Shown here in pieces: positions 28,646 through 39,900 of a DNA stretch of 64,000 nt. The first letter of the stretch is position 1. The number at the start of each line of letters is the position of its first letter. The stretch lies in assembly GCA_036796335.1 (NCBI GenBank), contig DAIRDE010000008.1, forward strand, positions 1,777-65,776, read 5' to 3'. The notes beneath the pieces are model-generated. The model made no database searches. It was not told the origin of the DNA and saw only the letters and a list, made by a program, of their open reading frames with translations. The stretch is from Nonlabens sp. Lineage in GTDB: Bacteria; Bacteroidota; Bacteroidia; Flavobacteriales; Flavobacteriaceae. The translations under genes were made by a program, and so were the position numbers.

Positions 28646-29673
28646 GATATATCAAATAAACCGCCAAGCGCATTACCACGAGTTTTACCCAGATGCTTGT
28701 AAGCTAAATCGGTCACCTCACGACCTCGTGGCGTGCGCATGATAAACCCCTGCTGTATTAAAAATGGCTCATAGACCTCTTCGATGGTTTCGGCACTTTC
28801 ACTCACTGCGGTGGCAATGGTTGTAAGACCTACGGGGCCACCTTTAAACTTTTCGATAATGGTCATTAAAATCTTGTTATCCATTTCGTCCAGTCCGTGC
28901 GCATCCACGTGCAATGCTTTTAACGAATACTGCGCGATAGGTAGGTCGATTGTGCCATTGCTTTTAATTTGCGCAAAGTCACGCACCCGTCGCAGTAATG
29001 CGTTAGCTATGCGGGGTGTGCCGCGACTGCGACCTGCGATTTCTATCGCTGCGTCCAAGTGAATAGGGACATTAAGGATCTCGGCACTGCGTGTGACGAT
29101 GGTTGCTAGCAATTCGGTCGTGTAATACTGTAACCTTGACTGTATGCCAAAACGTGCGCGCATAGGTGCCGTAAGTAGTCCAGATCGTGTTGTAGCGCCT
29201 ATTAAGGTAAATGGAGAGAGGTTGATTTGCACCGTACGTGCATTAGGCCCAGATTCAATCATGATGTCTATTTTATAATCCTCCATTGCCGAATATAAGT
29301 ATTCTTCTACCACAGGGCTTAAACGGTGAATCTCATCTATAAACAACACATCGCGTTCATCCAGATTTGTCAATAATCCCGCAAGATCGCCCGGTTTATC
29401 CAATACAGGACCCGATGTCACCTTAATACCCACACCCAGCTCGGCCGCAAGAATATGTGCGAGCGTGGTTTTACCCAGTCCCGGCGGACCGTGAAAAAGC
29501 GCGTGATCTAAAGCATCTTTACGCCTATTTGCAGCTTCCACAAATACCTTAAGGTTTTCTAGCACCTGATCCTGACCTGCAAAATCATCAAAACTGAGCG
29601 GTCTTAGTGCTCTTTCGACATCATTCTCCTCGTTAGAAAAATGGTTACCAGTCGGGTCTAAATTTTCGTTCAT
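28642..29673 (-). CDS. ruvB: Holliday junction DNA helicase RuvB
   Basis: Walker [10 protein letters not shown], Walker B LFIDEIH, and the sensor and winged-helix regions. Confidence 0.97.
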   Translation of the reverse strand: MNENLDPTGNHFSNEENDVERALRPLSFDDFAGQDQVLENLKVFVEAANRRKDALDHALFHGPPGLGKTTLAHILAAELGVGIKVTSGPVLDKPGDLAGLLTNLDERDVLFIDEIHRLSPVVEEYLYSAMEDYKIDIMIESGPNARTVQINLSPFTLIGATTRSGLLTAPMRARFGIQSRLQYYTTELLATIVTRSAEILNVPIHLDAAIEIAGRSRGTPRIANALLRRVRDFAQIKSNGTIDLPIAQYSLKALHVDAHGLDEMDNKILMTIIEKFKGGPVGLTTIATAVSESAETIEEVYEPFLIQQGFIMRTPRGREVTDLAYKHLGKTRGNALGGLFDIS

Positions 29674-29716
29674 GATTCAAAGATAAGCTAAGGTGCAGTG
29701 TTAAGGTTTGATGTTT

Positions 29717-29732
29717 CGCTTTCGCGAAAGCG
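29717..29732. repeat. palindrome copy 8 (perfect, intergenic, 44 nt upstream of the ruvB ATG)
   Basis: Read directly from the sequence. It is a 20-bp palindrome. Confidence 0.97.
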
Positions 29733-29835
29733 AACTCGCAAAAATCATTGTGTTCTAAAATAGTTTGGACGATAAATAAAAGGGCTATGTTTGGTTTAAA
29801 CTGGTTTTATGAGCACATTAAAAGAAATTCTGTAC

Positions 29836-29868
29836 AAAAAAAGCTGCCTTTGTAGAGACAGCTTTTTT
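29836..29868 (-). terminator. intrinsic terminator after cytochrome oxidase subunit I
   Basis: AGCTG/CAGCT stem extended by CT/AG, flanked by an A7 run and a T6 run, 16 nt downstream of the subunit I stop. Confidence 0.5.
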
Positions 29869-29883
29869 GAAATGTATGAGGTT

Positions 29884-31695
29884 CTAATGATTCATTTCCT
29901 CTTCTCCTACTTGTAGCGGGATGTGCTGTGGTACATAATCCTGATCTGGAATCACATACTCACCGTTGTCATTTACTTTAGAATAATCGTATGGCCATCT
30001 ATAAACCGTTGGGATTGCGCCTGCCCAGTTACCGTGAATGTGCTTGTCACCGGTGGTCCACTCAAGCGTGTTAGACTTCCATGGATTTAACGGTGCCTTC
30101 TTACCATAGAAAATAGACTTCACAAAATTGTACACAAAGAATAGCTGCGCTAATGCGGTTGCAATAGCAAAGTAGGTAATCATATTGTTAGTATCAGCAA
30201 GATCATCAAAATATGGAAACGCGGTGTTTGAATAGTATCTTCTAGGAAGACCAGCCATACCTACAAAGTGCATTGGGAAGAAAACGCCATAAGCACCAAC
30301 CGCAGTTAACCAAAAGTGAATATAACCCAGATTCTTATCCATCATGCGATTAAACATTTTAGGGAACCAGTGGTAAACTCCTGCAAATAAACCGTATAAT
30401 GCCGATATACCCATTACCAGGTGGAAGTGCGCAACAACAAAATAGGTATCGTGTACATTGATATCCAGCGTACTGTCTCCTAAAATAATACCTGTCAAAC
30501 CACCCGTGATGAACGTAGAAACGAGACCTATAGAGAACAACATAGCAGGGTTGAGCTGCAAGTTACCTTTCCATAAAGTGGTAATGTAGTTAAATGCCTT
30601 AACCGCAGACGGAATGGCAATAAGCAACGTTGTGAACGTAAAGACCGACCCCAAGAACGGATTCATACCCGACACAAACATATGGTGACCCCACACAATG
30701 GTCGATAAAAAGGCGATCGCCAAAATAGATGCTACCATCGCACGATACCCAAAAATAGGTTTACGTGAATTTGTTGCAATAATCTCAGATGTGATACCTA
30801 AAGCTGGTAGAAGAACGATATAAACCTCAGGGTGTCCTAAGAACCAGAACAAGTGCTCAAATAACACTGGTGATCCTCCCTGATTTGCAAGAACCTCACC
30901 CTGAATATAAATATCGGATAAGAAGAAAGATGTTCCAAAGCTTCTATCCATAATCAACAACAACGCTGCTGCAAATAATACAGGGAAAGAAACAATACCA
31001 ATAATAGCAGTTACAAAAAACGCCCAGATTGTTAACGGTAATCTTGTCATGGACATACCTTTGGTACGCATATTAATTACGGTAACCACATAGTTCAAAG
31101 AACCTAACAAAGAAGAAGCAATAAAGATGGCCATAGATACAAGCCACAGCGTCATACCTGTACCAGAACCACCCATTGCTTGTGGAACAGCACTAAGCGG
31201 TGGGTAGATAGTCCATCCAGCCGCAGCAGGTCCTAACTCTACAAACAGCGAACTAATCATAATCACTGAAGACATAAAAAACAACCAGTAAGATACCATA
31301 TTTAAGAAACCCGATGCCATGTCTCGTGCACCGATTTGTAATGGTATTAAAAAGTTAGAGAACGTACCACTTAAACCTGCAGTAAGCACAAAGAACACCA
31401 TAATGGTACCATGTATAGTAACCAATGCTAAATACATATTAGGGTCCATAACACCATCTGGTGCCCATTTACCTAGCAACGCACTGAAAACCACATTAGG
31501 CTCGGCTGGGTTTGCTAATTGTATTCTCATAAGAACCGACATGGCAATACCTATAGCTCCCATGATAAGACCAGTAATAAGATATTGCTTAGCAATCATC
31601 TTATGGTCTTGTGAAAAAATATACTTAGTTACAAAAGTTTCCTTGTGGTGGTGATGACCTTCTTCGAGTGAGTCAATTGCAATTGCGTGTCCCAT
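29884..31695 (-). CDS. ctaD: cytochrome c oxidase subunit I
   Basis: 603 aa with the heme-copper signatures WFLGHPEVY, HHMF and VAHFH. Confidence 0.97.
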   Translation of the reverse strand: MGHAIAIDSLEEGHHHHKETFVTKYIFSQDHKMIAKQYLITGLIMGAIGIAMSVLMRIQLANPAEPNVVFSALLGKWAPDGVMDPNMYLALVTIHGTIMVFFVLTAGLSGTFSNFLIPLQIGARDMASGFLNMVSYWLFFMSSVIMISSLFVELGPAAAGWTIYPPLSAVPQAMGGSGTGMTLWLVSMAIFIASSLLGSLNYVVTVINMRTKGMSMTRLPLTIWAFFVTAIIGIVSFPVLFAAALLLIMDRSFGTSFFLSDIYIQGEVLANQGGSPVLFEHLFWFLGHPEVYIVLLPALGITSEIIATNSRKPIFGYRAMVASILAIAFLSTIVWGHHMFVSGMNPFLGSVFTFTTLLIAIPSAVKAFNYITTLWKGNLQLNPAMLFSIGLVSTFITGGLTGIILGDSTLDINVHDTYFVVAHFHLVMGISALYGLFAGVYHWFPKMFNRMMDKNLGYIHFWLTAVGAYGVFFPMHFVGMAGLPRRYYSNTAFPYFDDLADTNNMITYFAIATALAQLFFVYNFVKSIFYGKKAPLNPWKSNTLEWTTGDKHIHGNWAGAIPTVYRWPYDYSKVNDNGEYVIPDQDYVPQHIPLQVGEEEMNH

Positions 31696-31697
31696 AA

Positions 31698-32780
31698 TTA
31701 ATCAATTTTGGCAGTTGCTGCCGATTTTGTTTCAAATGTTTCAAGAGTCGATAACCAGTTATTGAAATCCTTTTCAGACTCAACAACCATTTTTATTTGC
31801 ATGTTATAGTGCGATGCGCCACAGATTTTATTACACAATAAATAATATTCAAACTCGTACGGGTCTAAAACTTCAGCATCTGTACCCGCTGCATCCTCGT
31901 TTTTTTGTCGTCTTATTTCGTTAATCTTACGAACTTTTCGCTGCATAAATTCGGTAGATTTATAATCAGTTGACGTCGTGGTAGGTGTAAATTTAAACTG
32001 AGTGACCATACCTGGAACCACGTTCATTTGAGCTCTAAAGTGAGGCATGTAAGCAGAGTGCAACACATCCTGACTTCTAAATTTAAACAATACCGGTCTA
32101 TTAACGGGTAGGCGCAATTCTTGAGTTACTATGTCATCTGCTCCGTCTTTGTCGGTAGGATCGATACCTAACTCATTAATTCCCTCGATATAACGCACGT
32201 TTGCGTCGCCCAAGATATTATCAGCACCGCTGTATCGTACTTTCCAACCGAATTGATAGGCGTAAACCTCTACAATAAGTGGATCATCATCGGTACTTGC
32301 ATCCATGATTTCGTTCCAAGAAAATAACCCCCAAAGAATCAATCCCGCGAGTACAACTACAGGTACTGCAGTCCATATAAACTCTAAACGGTCGTTATCA
32401 GCAAAAAACAATGCCTTTTGGCCTTTGCGACCACGATATTTATAAGAAAAATAATGTAACAGCGCTTGCGTAAGAAACTGCACAATCATGATAACGATTG
32501 TTGTTGTGAGCAACAACTTATCATAATCAGCACCATGCTTAGAAGCAGCATCTGGTAAGAAAAAATCCTTGTAAGCAATAAAACAAGCAATCATCATCAC
32601 ATACATGGCTATCACAAAATAGAGCATGTATTTACCGTGACGATCATTGTCGGCGTCATTAGCGATTTCGCTTTCAGAACCCTCGATACCGGATGGTTTA
32701 CCTAGTTTAACAATTTTTGACAATTGCCATATCGTGATGGCAGCAAGTGCGGCAATTAATATGATTAGAAACGCAGTCAT
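31698..32780 (-). CDS. ctaC: cytochrome c oxidase subunit II
   Basis: CuA ligands DVLHSAYMPHF and CNKICGASHYNM, with two N-terminal TM helices. Confidence 0.9.
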   Translation of the reverse strand: MTAFLIILIAALAAITIWQLSKIVKLGKPSGIEGSESEIANDADNDRHGKYMLYFVIAMYVMMIACFIAYKDFFLPDAASKHGADYDKLLLTTTIVIMIVQFLTQALLHYFSYKYRGRKGQKALFFADNDRLEFIWTAVPVVVLAGLILWGLFSWNEIMDASTDDDPLIVEVYAYQFGWKVRYSGADNILGDANVRYIEGINELGIDPTDKDGADDIVTQELRLPVNRPVLFKFRSQDVLHSAYMPHFRAQMNVVPGMVTQFKFTPTTTSTDYKSTEFMQRKVRKINEIRRQKNEDAAGTDAEVLDPYEFEYYLLCNKICGASHYNMQIKMVVESEKDFNNWLSTLETFETKSAATAKID

Positions 32781-32799
32781 AGCAGTTTGTATCTATGTT

Positions 32800-34164
32800 T
32801 TAATAATGAAAATGTTTACTCTCTCCCATGAATGGGTCACCTTTTGCTAATAGCGGTGTTTTTGAAATAGCGTTGAATATCACAAATACAAAAAGACCTG
32901 CAAAAAATAAGAATGCTCCGATTTCAGGGAACCCAAGGAACCAAGATTTACCTACAGTTGATGGCATAACCATTACAAAAATATCGAGGTAGTGACCTAT
33001 AACTATAAACAGCCCGGCAGTTACAACAAACCAGTTTACACGTTTAAAGTCAGAATTCATCAAAATAAGTAGTGGGAAAATAAAATTAATTACAACCATT
33101 CCAAAAAACAGAATATTATAATCTTCAATACGTGTAACAAAGTAGGTCACCTCCTCTGGTATGTTTGAGTACCAAATAAGCATGAACTGAGAAAACCATA
33201 GATAGGTCCAAAATACACTGAGTCCAAACATAAATTTGGCCAAATCATGGATGTGTGAATCATTAACAAATTCCAAATATCCCTGAGATTTCAAATAAAT
33301 TGTAACTAATGCAATCATGGTGATACCAGTCACAAACATACTTGCAAAAACATACCAACCAAACAAAGTAGAAAACCAATGCGGGTCAAAACTCATGATC
33401 CAATCCCAAGACATGATAGATTCGGTTACTATAAAGAATACTAAAAATGCCGCACTGTGCTTAAAAGCCTTTTTGTACCAAACGTTACCAGTCGGTTCGG
33501 CATCTTGTTTTAAAGAAAACTTGCGCAAGTTCCAGCGGTAAAGGTTCCATCCTACTAAGAACGCACCTGCTCGAATTAAGAAAAACTCAACATTTAAAAA
33601 GGCAGATTTACCAGCAATGATTGCGTCGTAGTGAGAGCTATTTGGATCTACAACCTCGGGGTCCATCCAATGAAAAATGTGATTGACATGGAAAGCTGAT
33701 AATAATAAAAGAACAAACATGATGATACCACCTGGCAAAATATAACTGCTTATGCCTTCCATAACCCGAAACAGTACTGGTGACCAACCTGCTTGCGCCA
33801 CTTTTTGTAAAGCATTAAAAACCAGTGCGCCCAAACCTATCATAAAGAAAAAGAATGCTGACACATAAACGGCTGCCCAAGGTCTGTTCTTTAATTGGTG
33901 GTATACGGCATAGGCATCGGTATCGCTACCATGTCCAGCATGCTCAACTTTCTGGGTAACACCACCTGCTTTAGCGTCTTGAGCATTATTTTCATGGGAC
34001 CCAGTAGCATGGTTGCTACCATGTCCATGATTGTTATCGTCTAACATTTTTTGAACGGCTTGTTCAGATGCTGGAGCGTTTAAAAAGCCTACAACCGTTA
34101 AGCCTGCGCCCAGCACCATTAAAACTATTGCAAAAATCTTTAATTTACTTGAAACTGTATACAT
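32800..34164 (-). CDS. actF: Alternative Complex III subunit ActF (quinol:cytochrome c oxidoreductase membrane subunit)
   Basis: 454-aa polytopic protein at the ActF position of the act cluster. Confidence 0.75.
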   Translation of the reverse strand: MYTVSSKLKIFAIVLMVLGAGLTVVGFLNAPASEQAVQKMLDDNNHGHGSNHATGSHENNAQDAKAGGVTQKVEHAGHGSDTDAYAVYHQLKNRPWAAVYVSAFFFFMIGLGALVFNALQKVAQAGWSPVLFRVMEGISSYILPGGIIMFVLLLLSAFHVNHIFHWMDPEVVDPNSSHYDAIIAGKSAFLNVEFFLIRAGAFLVGWNLYRWNLRKFSLKQDAEPTGNVWYKKAFKHSAAFLVFFIVTESIMSWDWIMSFDPHWFSTLFGWYVFASMFVTGITMIALVTIYLKSQGYLEFVNDSHIHDLAKFMFGLSVFWTYLWFSQFMLIWYSNIPEEVTYFVTRIEDYNILFFGMVVINFIFPLLILMNSDFKRVNWFVVTAGLFIVIGHYLDIFVMVMPSTVGKSWFLGFPEIGAFLFFAGLFVFVIFNAISKTPLLAKGDPFMGESKHFHY

Positions 34165-34208
34165 AGTTATCGCTTCTGTGTTCTTTATCGGTTAACCAAT
34201 TAAGGTTT

Positions 34209-34898
34209 TTATTTGCTTTGGTTATTTTTAACAACCGCCTTCTCTACCAATACTTGTGGTTTGTTAGCTGGTTGCACAACTTCTTGGGCAGGAGTGTCAC
34301 CACTAACAAATTCTTTGCGTGGAAGTCCCTTTAAATCCTGAGTAAGGGCATCAACATGGTGAGCAATCTGCCATCTTTCTTCGGTTGACGTTTGAGAGGC
34401 ATAAGAACCCATATTGTTAATCCCGTAATACATTACGTGGTAAATAGATCCTTGAGAAATATTTCTACCCGCATCATCATAACTCGGCACTCCTAGAATT
34501 TTTTCTGTCGTCACAAGGTGTCCTTTCCCGTTGCCTTTTTCACCGTGACAAATACCGCAATAGATGGTGTAGAGTTCTGCACCCTTTGTTAAATGCTCTT
34601 CCGTATACGGCAGTGAATTTACTAATTCTGCCTTTGCAGCTTCATATCCTTCATTAGTATTCTCATAGTCGTATGGCAACCAACCTTTAGAAACAGTTCC
34701 TTCTACAGGTAGTTGAGCCTGTTGATTACCTTTAAAAACCTTACCCTCTTGGTAAGTTTCATAGCCAACAGACTGGTACATATTAGGGAAATATTGGACA
34801 CTCGTTTTTGTTGTCTGGTCAATTTCCTTATTATCACCACAAGCAACAATAAGCGCGGTGAGAAGAAAAAGAATAAACGTTTGCAAATATCTTTTCAT
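34209..34898 (-). CDS. actE: ACIII monoheme cytochrome c lipoprotein ActE
   Basis: Lipobox LIVAC and a single CGICH heme motif. The start abuts the ActD stop. Confidence 0.8.
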   Translation of the reverse strand: MKRYLQTFILFLLTALIVACGDNKEIDQTTKTSVQYFPNMYQSVGYETYQEGKVFKGNQQAQLPVEGTVSKGWLPYDYENTNEGYEAAKAELVNSLPYTEEHLTKGAELYTIYCGICHGEKGNGKGHLVTTEKILGVPSYDDAGRNISQGSIYHVMYYGINNMGSYASQTSTEERWQIAHHVDALTQDLKGLPRKEFVSGDTPAQEVVQPANKPQVLVEKAVVKNNQSK

Positions 34899-35434
34899 TA
34901 GTGATCTTCTTTGTCAATTAATTTAATTTCGGTCGCACCAGTGTCATAGAGAAACTTTGTAACTTCCTCGATATCCTGTCCGTGATGTCCGTCTATTTCC
35001 ATTAAAAAGTGGTCGTCAGTTGTTCTTACATCAGGATTCTCTGATTTCTTAAATGGCCATAATCTACTTCTTAGGTAAAAGGTAATTACCATTAAGTGCG
35101 CTGCAAAAAACACCGTAAGCTCAAACATGATAGGAACAAAAGCAGGCATATTTTCTAAATAAGAAAAACTTGGCTTTCCACCAATATCTTGAGGCCAGTC
35201 CTCTATCATAATGTAGTTCATCATGATTGTAGCAACAGCTAAACCAACGATACCATACAAGAACGCATTAATAGCTAACCTTGTATCGGGCATCCCCATA
35301 GCCTTTTCTAAACCATGCACCGGAAATGGAGTGAATACCTCCTCAATAAGTAATTTACGCTCTCGTACCTGTTTTACTGCACTTAGCAAAACATCGTCGT
35401 CTGTATAGAACGCATATATATTTTTTGTTGCCAT
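34898..35434 (-). CDS. actD: ACIII membrane subunit ActD (DUF3341)
   Basis: The 178-aa size, the N-terminus YAFYTDDDVLLSAVKQVR..FTPFPVHGL and two TM segments are typical of DUF3341. Confidence 0.8.
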   Translation of the reverse strand: MATKNIYAFYTDDDVLLSAVKQVRERKLLIEEVFTPFPVHGLEKAMGMPDTRLAINAFLYGIVGLAVATIMMNYIMIEDWPQDIGGKPSFSYLENMPAFVPIMFELTVFFAAHLMVITFYLRSRLWPFKKSENPDVRTTDDHFLMEIDGHHGQDIEEVTKFLYDTGATEIKLIDKEDH

Positions 35435-35479
35435 AATCTTATGAATGATTCGCTTTTAATTTTTTGTTAGAGATCAACC

Positions 35480-36880
35480 TTATACTACTGTAGAGGCTTC
35501 CTTACTTTCTCTTTGCGATTTATACTTACTACCACTGGATTTCAATATAGACTTCACCTCAGCCTGAGCAATAACAGGAAAGGTTCTTGCGTACAATAAA
35601 AACAGTACAAAGAAAAATCCGATGGTACCTATAAATATTCCTATATCCACAAAAGTTGGAGAAAACATCGTCCAAGACGATGGTAAATAATCTCTATGTA
35701 ACGAAGTCACGATAATCACAAAACGCTCAAACCACATTCCTATATTTACCACAATCGAGATGAAAAAAGAAAACATGATGCTGGTTCTTAATTTTTTAAA
35801 CCACATAAATTGCGGCGACAATACGTTGCAAGTCATCATACTCCAATATGCCCAAGCATATGGTCCAGTCGCACGGTTTAAAAATGCATACTGCTCGTAT
35901 TCAACTCCTGAATACCAGGCAACAAACAATTCGGTGATGTAGGCAACACCTACAATAGAACCTGTAATCATGATAACGATGTTCATTAACTCTATGTGCT
36001 GAATGGTAATATAATTCTCAAGATTACTTACCTTTCTCATAACAATAAGAAGCGTATTCACCATCGCAAATCCCGAGAAAACTGCACCTGCAACAAAGTA
36101 AGGAGGAAAAATCGTCGTATGCCATCCCGGAATTACCGAGGTAGCAAAGTCAAAAGATACAATCGTGTGTACAGAAAGTACAAGTGGTGTGGCTAGACCC
36201 GCAAGAACAAGAGAAACTTGCTCAAATCGCTGCCAATCTTTTGCTCTACCGCTCCATCCAAAAGAAAGTAATGAATAAATCTTCTTGTTAAAAGGGGTTA
36301 CGGCACGGTCGCGCAACATTGCAAAATCAGGAAGCAAACCAGTCCACCAAAAAACTAAAGAGACCGATAAATAAGTAGATATCGCAAAAACGTCCCAAAG
36401 CAGTGGTGAGTTAAAATTCACCCATAATGAGCCAAACTGATTAGGAATGGGTAAAACCCAGTAAGCTAACCAAGGTCTACCCATGTGGATAATTGGAAAT
36501 AATCCCGCCTGTATAACCGAAAAAATAGTCATCGCCTCTGCTGAGCGGTTAATTGCCATACGCCACTTTTGACGGAATAACAAAAGAACTGCCGAGATAA
36601 GCGTACCTGCGTGACCTATTCCTACCCACCAAACGAAATTAGTGATATCCCACGCCCAACCAATGGTTTTATTAAGACCCCAGGTCCCAATACCATTGGA
36701 TATGGTGTACGTAATACATCCTATCCCATAAAGAAAGGCAATAAGCGCTATAGAAAAAACAATCCACCATTGTTTGTTGGCAGTCCCTTCAACAGGTGCC
36801 GCAATGTCTCTTGTAACATCAGCATACGTTTTATCACCGGTTACAAGCGGTCTTCTTATGGAAGCTTCATAATGAGCCAT
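35480..36880 (-). CDS. actC: ACIII quinol-oxidising NrfD/PsrC-like subunit ActC
   Basis: 466-aa polytopic NrfD-family pattern at the ActC position. Confidence 0.88.
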   Translation of the reverse strand: MAHYEASIRRPLVTGDKTYADVTRDIAAPVEGTANKQWWIVFSIALIAFLYGIGCITYTISNGIGTWGLNKTIGWAWDITNFVWWVGIGHAGTLISAVLLLFRQKWRMAINRSAEAMTIFSVIQAGLFPIIHMGRPWLAYWVLPIPNQFGSLWVNFNSPLLWDVFAISTYLSVSLVFWWTGLLPDFAMLRDRAVTPFNKKIYSLLSFGWSGRAKDWQRFEQVSLVLAGLATPLVLSVHTIVSFDFATSVIPGWHTTIFPPYFVAGAVFSGFAMVNTLLIVMRKVSNLENYITIQHIELMNIVIMITGSIVGVAYITELFVAWYSGVEYEQYAFLNRATGPYAWAYWSMMTCNVLSPQFMWFKKLRTSIMFSFFISIVVNIGMWFERFVIIVTSLHRDYLPSSWTMFSPTFVDIGIFIGTIGFFFVLFLLYARTFPVIAQAEVKSILKSSGSKYKSQRESKEASTVV

Positions 36881-36904
36881 AATATCTTTGTTAGTTTATT
36901 AATA

Positions 36905-39900
36905 TTATACGTTTCTTACCTTTACTTGGTACATCACATTAGGTTCGGTTCCTACTTCCTCTAATAAATGATACATACGGTCTTGCTGTTTTAAGGCAAA
37001 AATCTCTGATTGTTTATTGTTAACGTCACCAAACTTGATAGCGCCGTTAGAACATGCATTTGAACACGCGGTCGCAAACTCGCCCTCGCCTACTGCACGG
37101 CCATCCTTTTTAGCTTCTAGAATGACCATTTGAGTCATTTGAATACACATAGAACATTTTTCCATAACACCACGAGAACGCACTGTCACATCTGGGTTAA
37201 TAACCATACGACCTAAGTCATTGTTCATGTGATAATCAAACTCGTCATTGCCGTTATACAAGAACCAGTTGAAACGTCTTACCTTATAAGGGCAGTTGTT
37301 AGCACAGTAACGTGTACCCACACAACGGTTGTACGCCATATGGTTTTGACCTTGGCGACCATGAGAAGACGCTGCAACAGGACAAACTGTCTCACATGGT
37401 GCGTGGTTACAATGCTGACACATTAAAGGCATAAAAGCAACCTGTGGATTTTCAGCAGGTATTTCAAGTTCACCAAATCCACCTAGCGAGCCATTGTCAC
37501 CAAATAAACCAGAGAAACCATCTTTTTTCTCTTCGTCTTTTTCAAAACTAACAGTAGAAGAATAATATCTGTCAATACGCAACCAGTGCATATCGCGAGA
37601 TTTCATAACCTCAGCCTTACCTACAACAGGTACATTATTTTCTGCATGACAGGCAATAACACATGCACCACAGCCCGTACAAGCATTTAAATCAATAGAC
37701 ATATTGAAGTGATGCCCTACCGTTCTATCAAAACTGTCCCACAAATCAACATCGGGAGAAGTTACGGGGGTTTCAATATGATTTAAGGAAACTTCGGGAA
37801 CTGGATTAAATTCATCTTTATTCCCTAAGATATAAGTAGAAAGAGTCGTTTCTCTAATAATATCACGACCCATCATTGTATTTTGTAACTGCGTGCAAGC
37901 AAAAGGATGTAAACCATTTGTTTTTTCAACCTTCACCGCCTGTGTACTCACGCCGTCTACGTAAAAAGGAAAAGCATTTACCCCTGTTTGCATCTCGGAC
38001 TGTATAGAGGCCGTTTGCCCGTATCCTAAAGCAATACCTAGAGTACCTACTGCTTGACCCGGTTGAATAATCACTGGGAAATTAGCTGTAGTACCACCTA
38101 AGGTTACTTTGACTAGACCGCCAGTTAATGAGCCATCTGCTGTATTTTCATTTGTAATTTCCAGCTTAGCGGCATCTGCTTGAGACATGGTCACATAATT
38201 ATCCCATGTAGTACGTGTAATAGGATCTGGCAATTCTTGAAGCCACGGATTATTAGCTTGCGCACCATTACCTAATCCTATTTTTGTATAAAGCACAAGC
38301 TCCATACCGCTAGGTTTTTTAGCATTTGCCAATGCACTAAATGCAGACGCGTCGTTAATAGCAGGTTGCTGGGCAACAGCACTTTCAGCTACCGCAGTGG
38401 CAGCGGCCATTGATTCATAAAAACCATTTTGCAAAGCCTGCGACCAGCTAACATTTAAACCCATCGCGCTTTCTTTTAAAAAGTCTTTATAAGAAGTTTC
38501 CACACCCGCCCATTTCAACAAAGTATCTTGCGCTTGGCGTGTTCTAAATATCGGTTTTATAGTAGGCTGCATCAATGACACAAAGCCTTTCTTAATCTCT
38601 ACATCTCCCCATGACTCAAGGTAGTGAGGTGTTGTTGCCACATATTGAGAAGCAGTGGCTGTAGCATCCAATCGGGTTGAAAATGATACCGTGAGGTCTA
38701 CTTTTTTCATCGCTTTCGCGAAAGCGTCACCACTACTGTGACTATACACTGGATCTACACCTATGGTAAATAAAGCACCAACTTTACCAGCATTCATCTC
38801 GCCTAACAAAGTGTCAACCGATTTACGATTGCCTTGTCTTGTAAGAATAGGCGCGTTAACATCAATAATTGTCGAGCCAATAAGTTCGTTTAGCGATAAC
38901 GTAAGTTGTTGCGCTGACTCGTCAGGGATACCGCATAATACAATTCCCTTATTACCGGCTTTGCGCAGGCTTTCGTATGTTTTTGCAACGGCTTTGTTAA
39001 GTTTATCAGGCAAAGCGCTTACTGTACCCCCATTAAATTTAGCATATAATGCAGCGAGGACAAGTTTTTGTTCGGTTGGTGTCAATGGATAACGCACATC
39101 GGCACTAGCCCCTGAGAGCGTCATGTTAGACTCAAACTGAATGTGATGAGACATTTGACCGTTTGCAGGAACGCGTGATTTAGCGTACCCTTTATCAAAA
39201 TTTCCACCTTGCCAGTCTCCTACAAAATCTGCCCCGATAGAAACAATGCAAGCAGCCTCAGTAAAATCATAGTCTGCAAGACCTCTAACACCATATTTAC
39301 GTTCAAAAGCATTAAGTGCGGCATCCTCACCTACTGAATCATAGATGACGTGTTTTACATTTGAATATTTTGCTTTTAAAAGACCAATGATGGCATGTAC
39401 CGACGGACTTGCAAATGTTTGCGTTAGTAAAACGAGTTGCTTACCATTTAACGCGCCCAGCTTTGCAGCAACCTGCTTATCTAATTCTTCCCAAGTGGCT
39501 TTTTCACCTTTTATAAGAGGCGTTTTAAGACGATTTGTGTCATATAACGAAAGTACCGAGGCATGCACACGTGCATTTGCGTGTCCACGGTGCGGTACAT
39601 CGCGGTTGCTTTCTACTTTTATTGGGCGACCTTCTCGAGTCTTGATCAACACACTTGCAAAATCATACCCATCTGCTATTGTCGTGGCATAATAATTAGG
39701 CAGGCCAGGGATTAATTGCTCTGGTTGATTTACATAAGGTACCGAATAAATAACTGGTCCCTCGCAAGCGGCTAAAGAAGCAGCAGCGGTGCTAAAACCA
39801 ACATATTTAAGGAAGTCTCTACGCGTAGTGTTTGAGGACTCCATCGCTTTATCATTTCCTAAAAAAGACTCAGTAGGTATGGGAGTTACAAACTCGTTTT

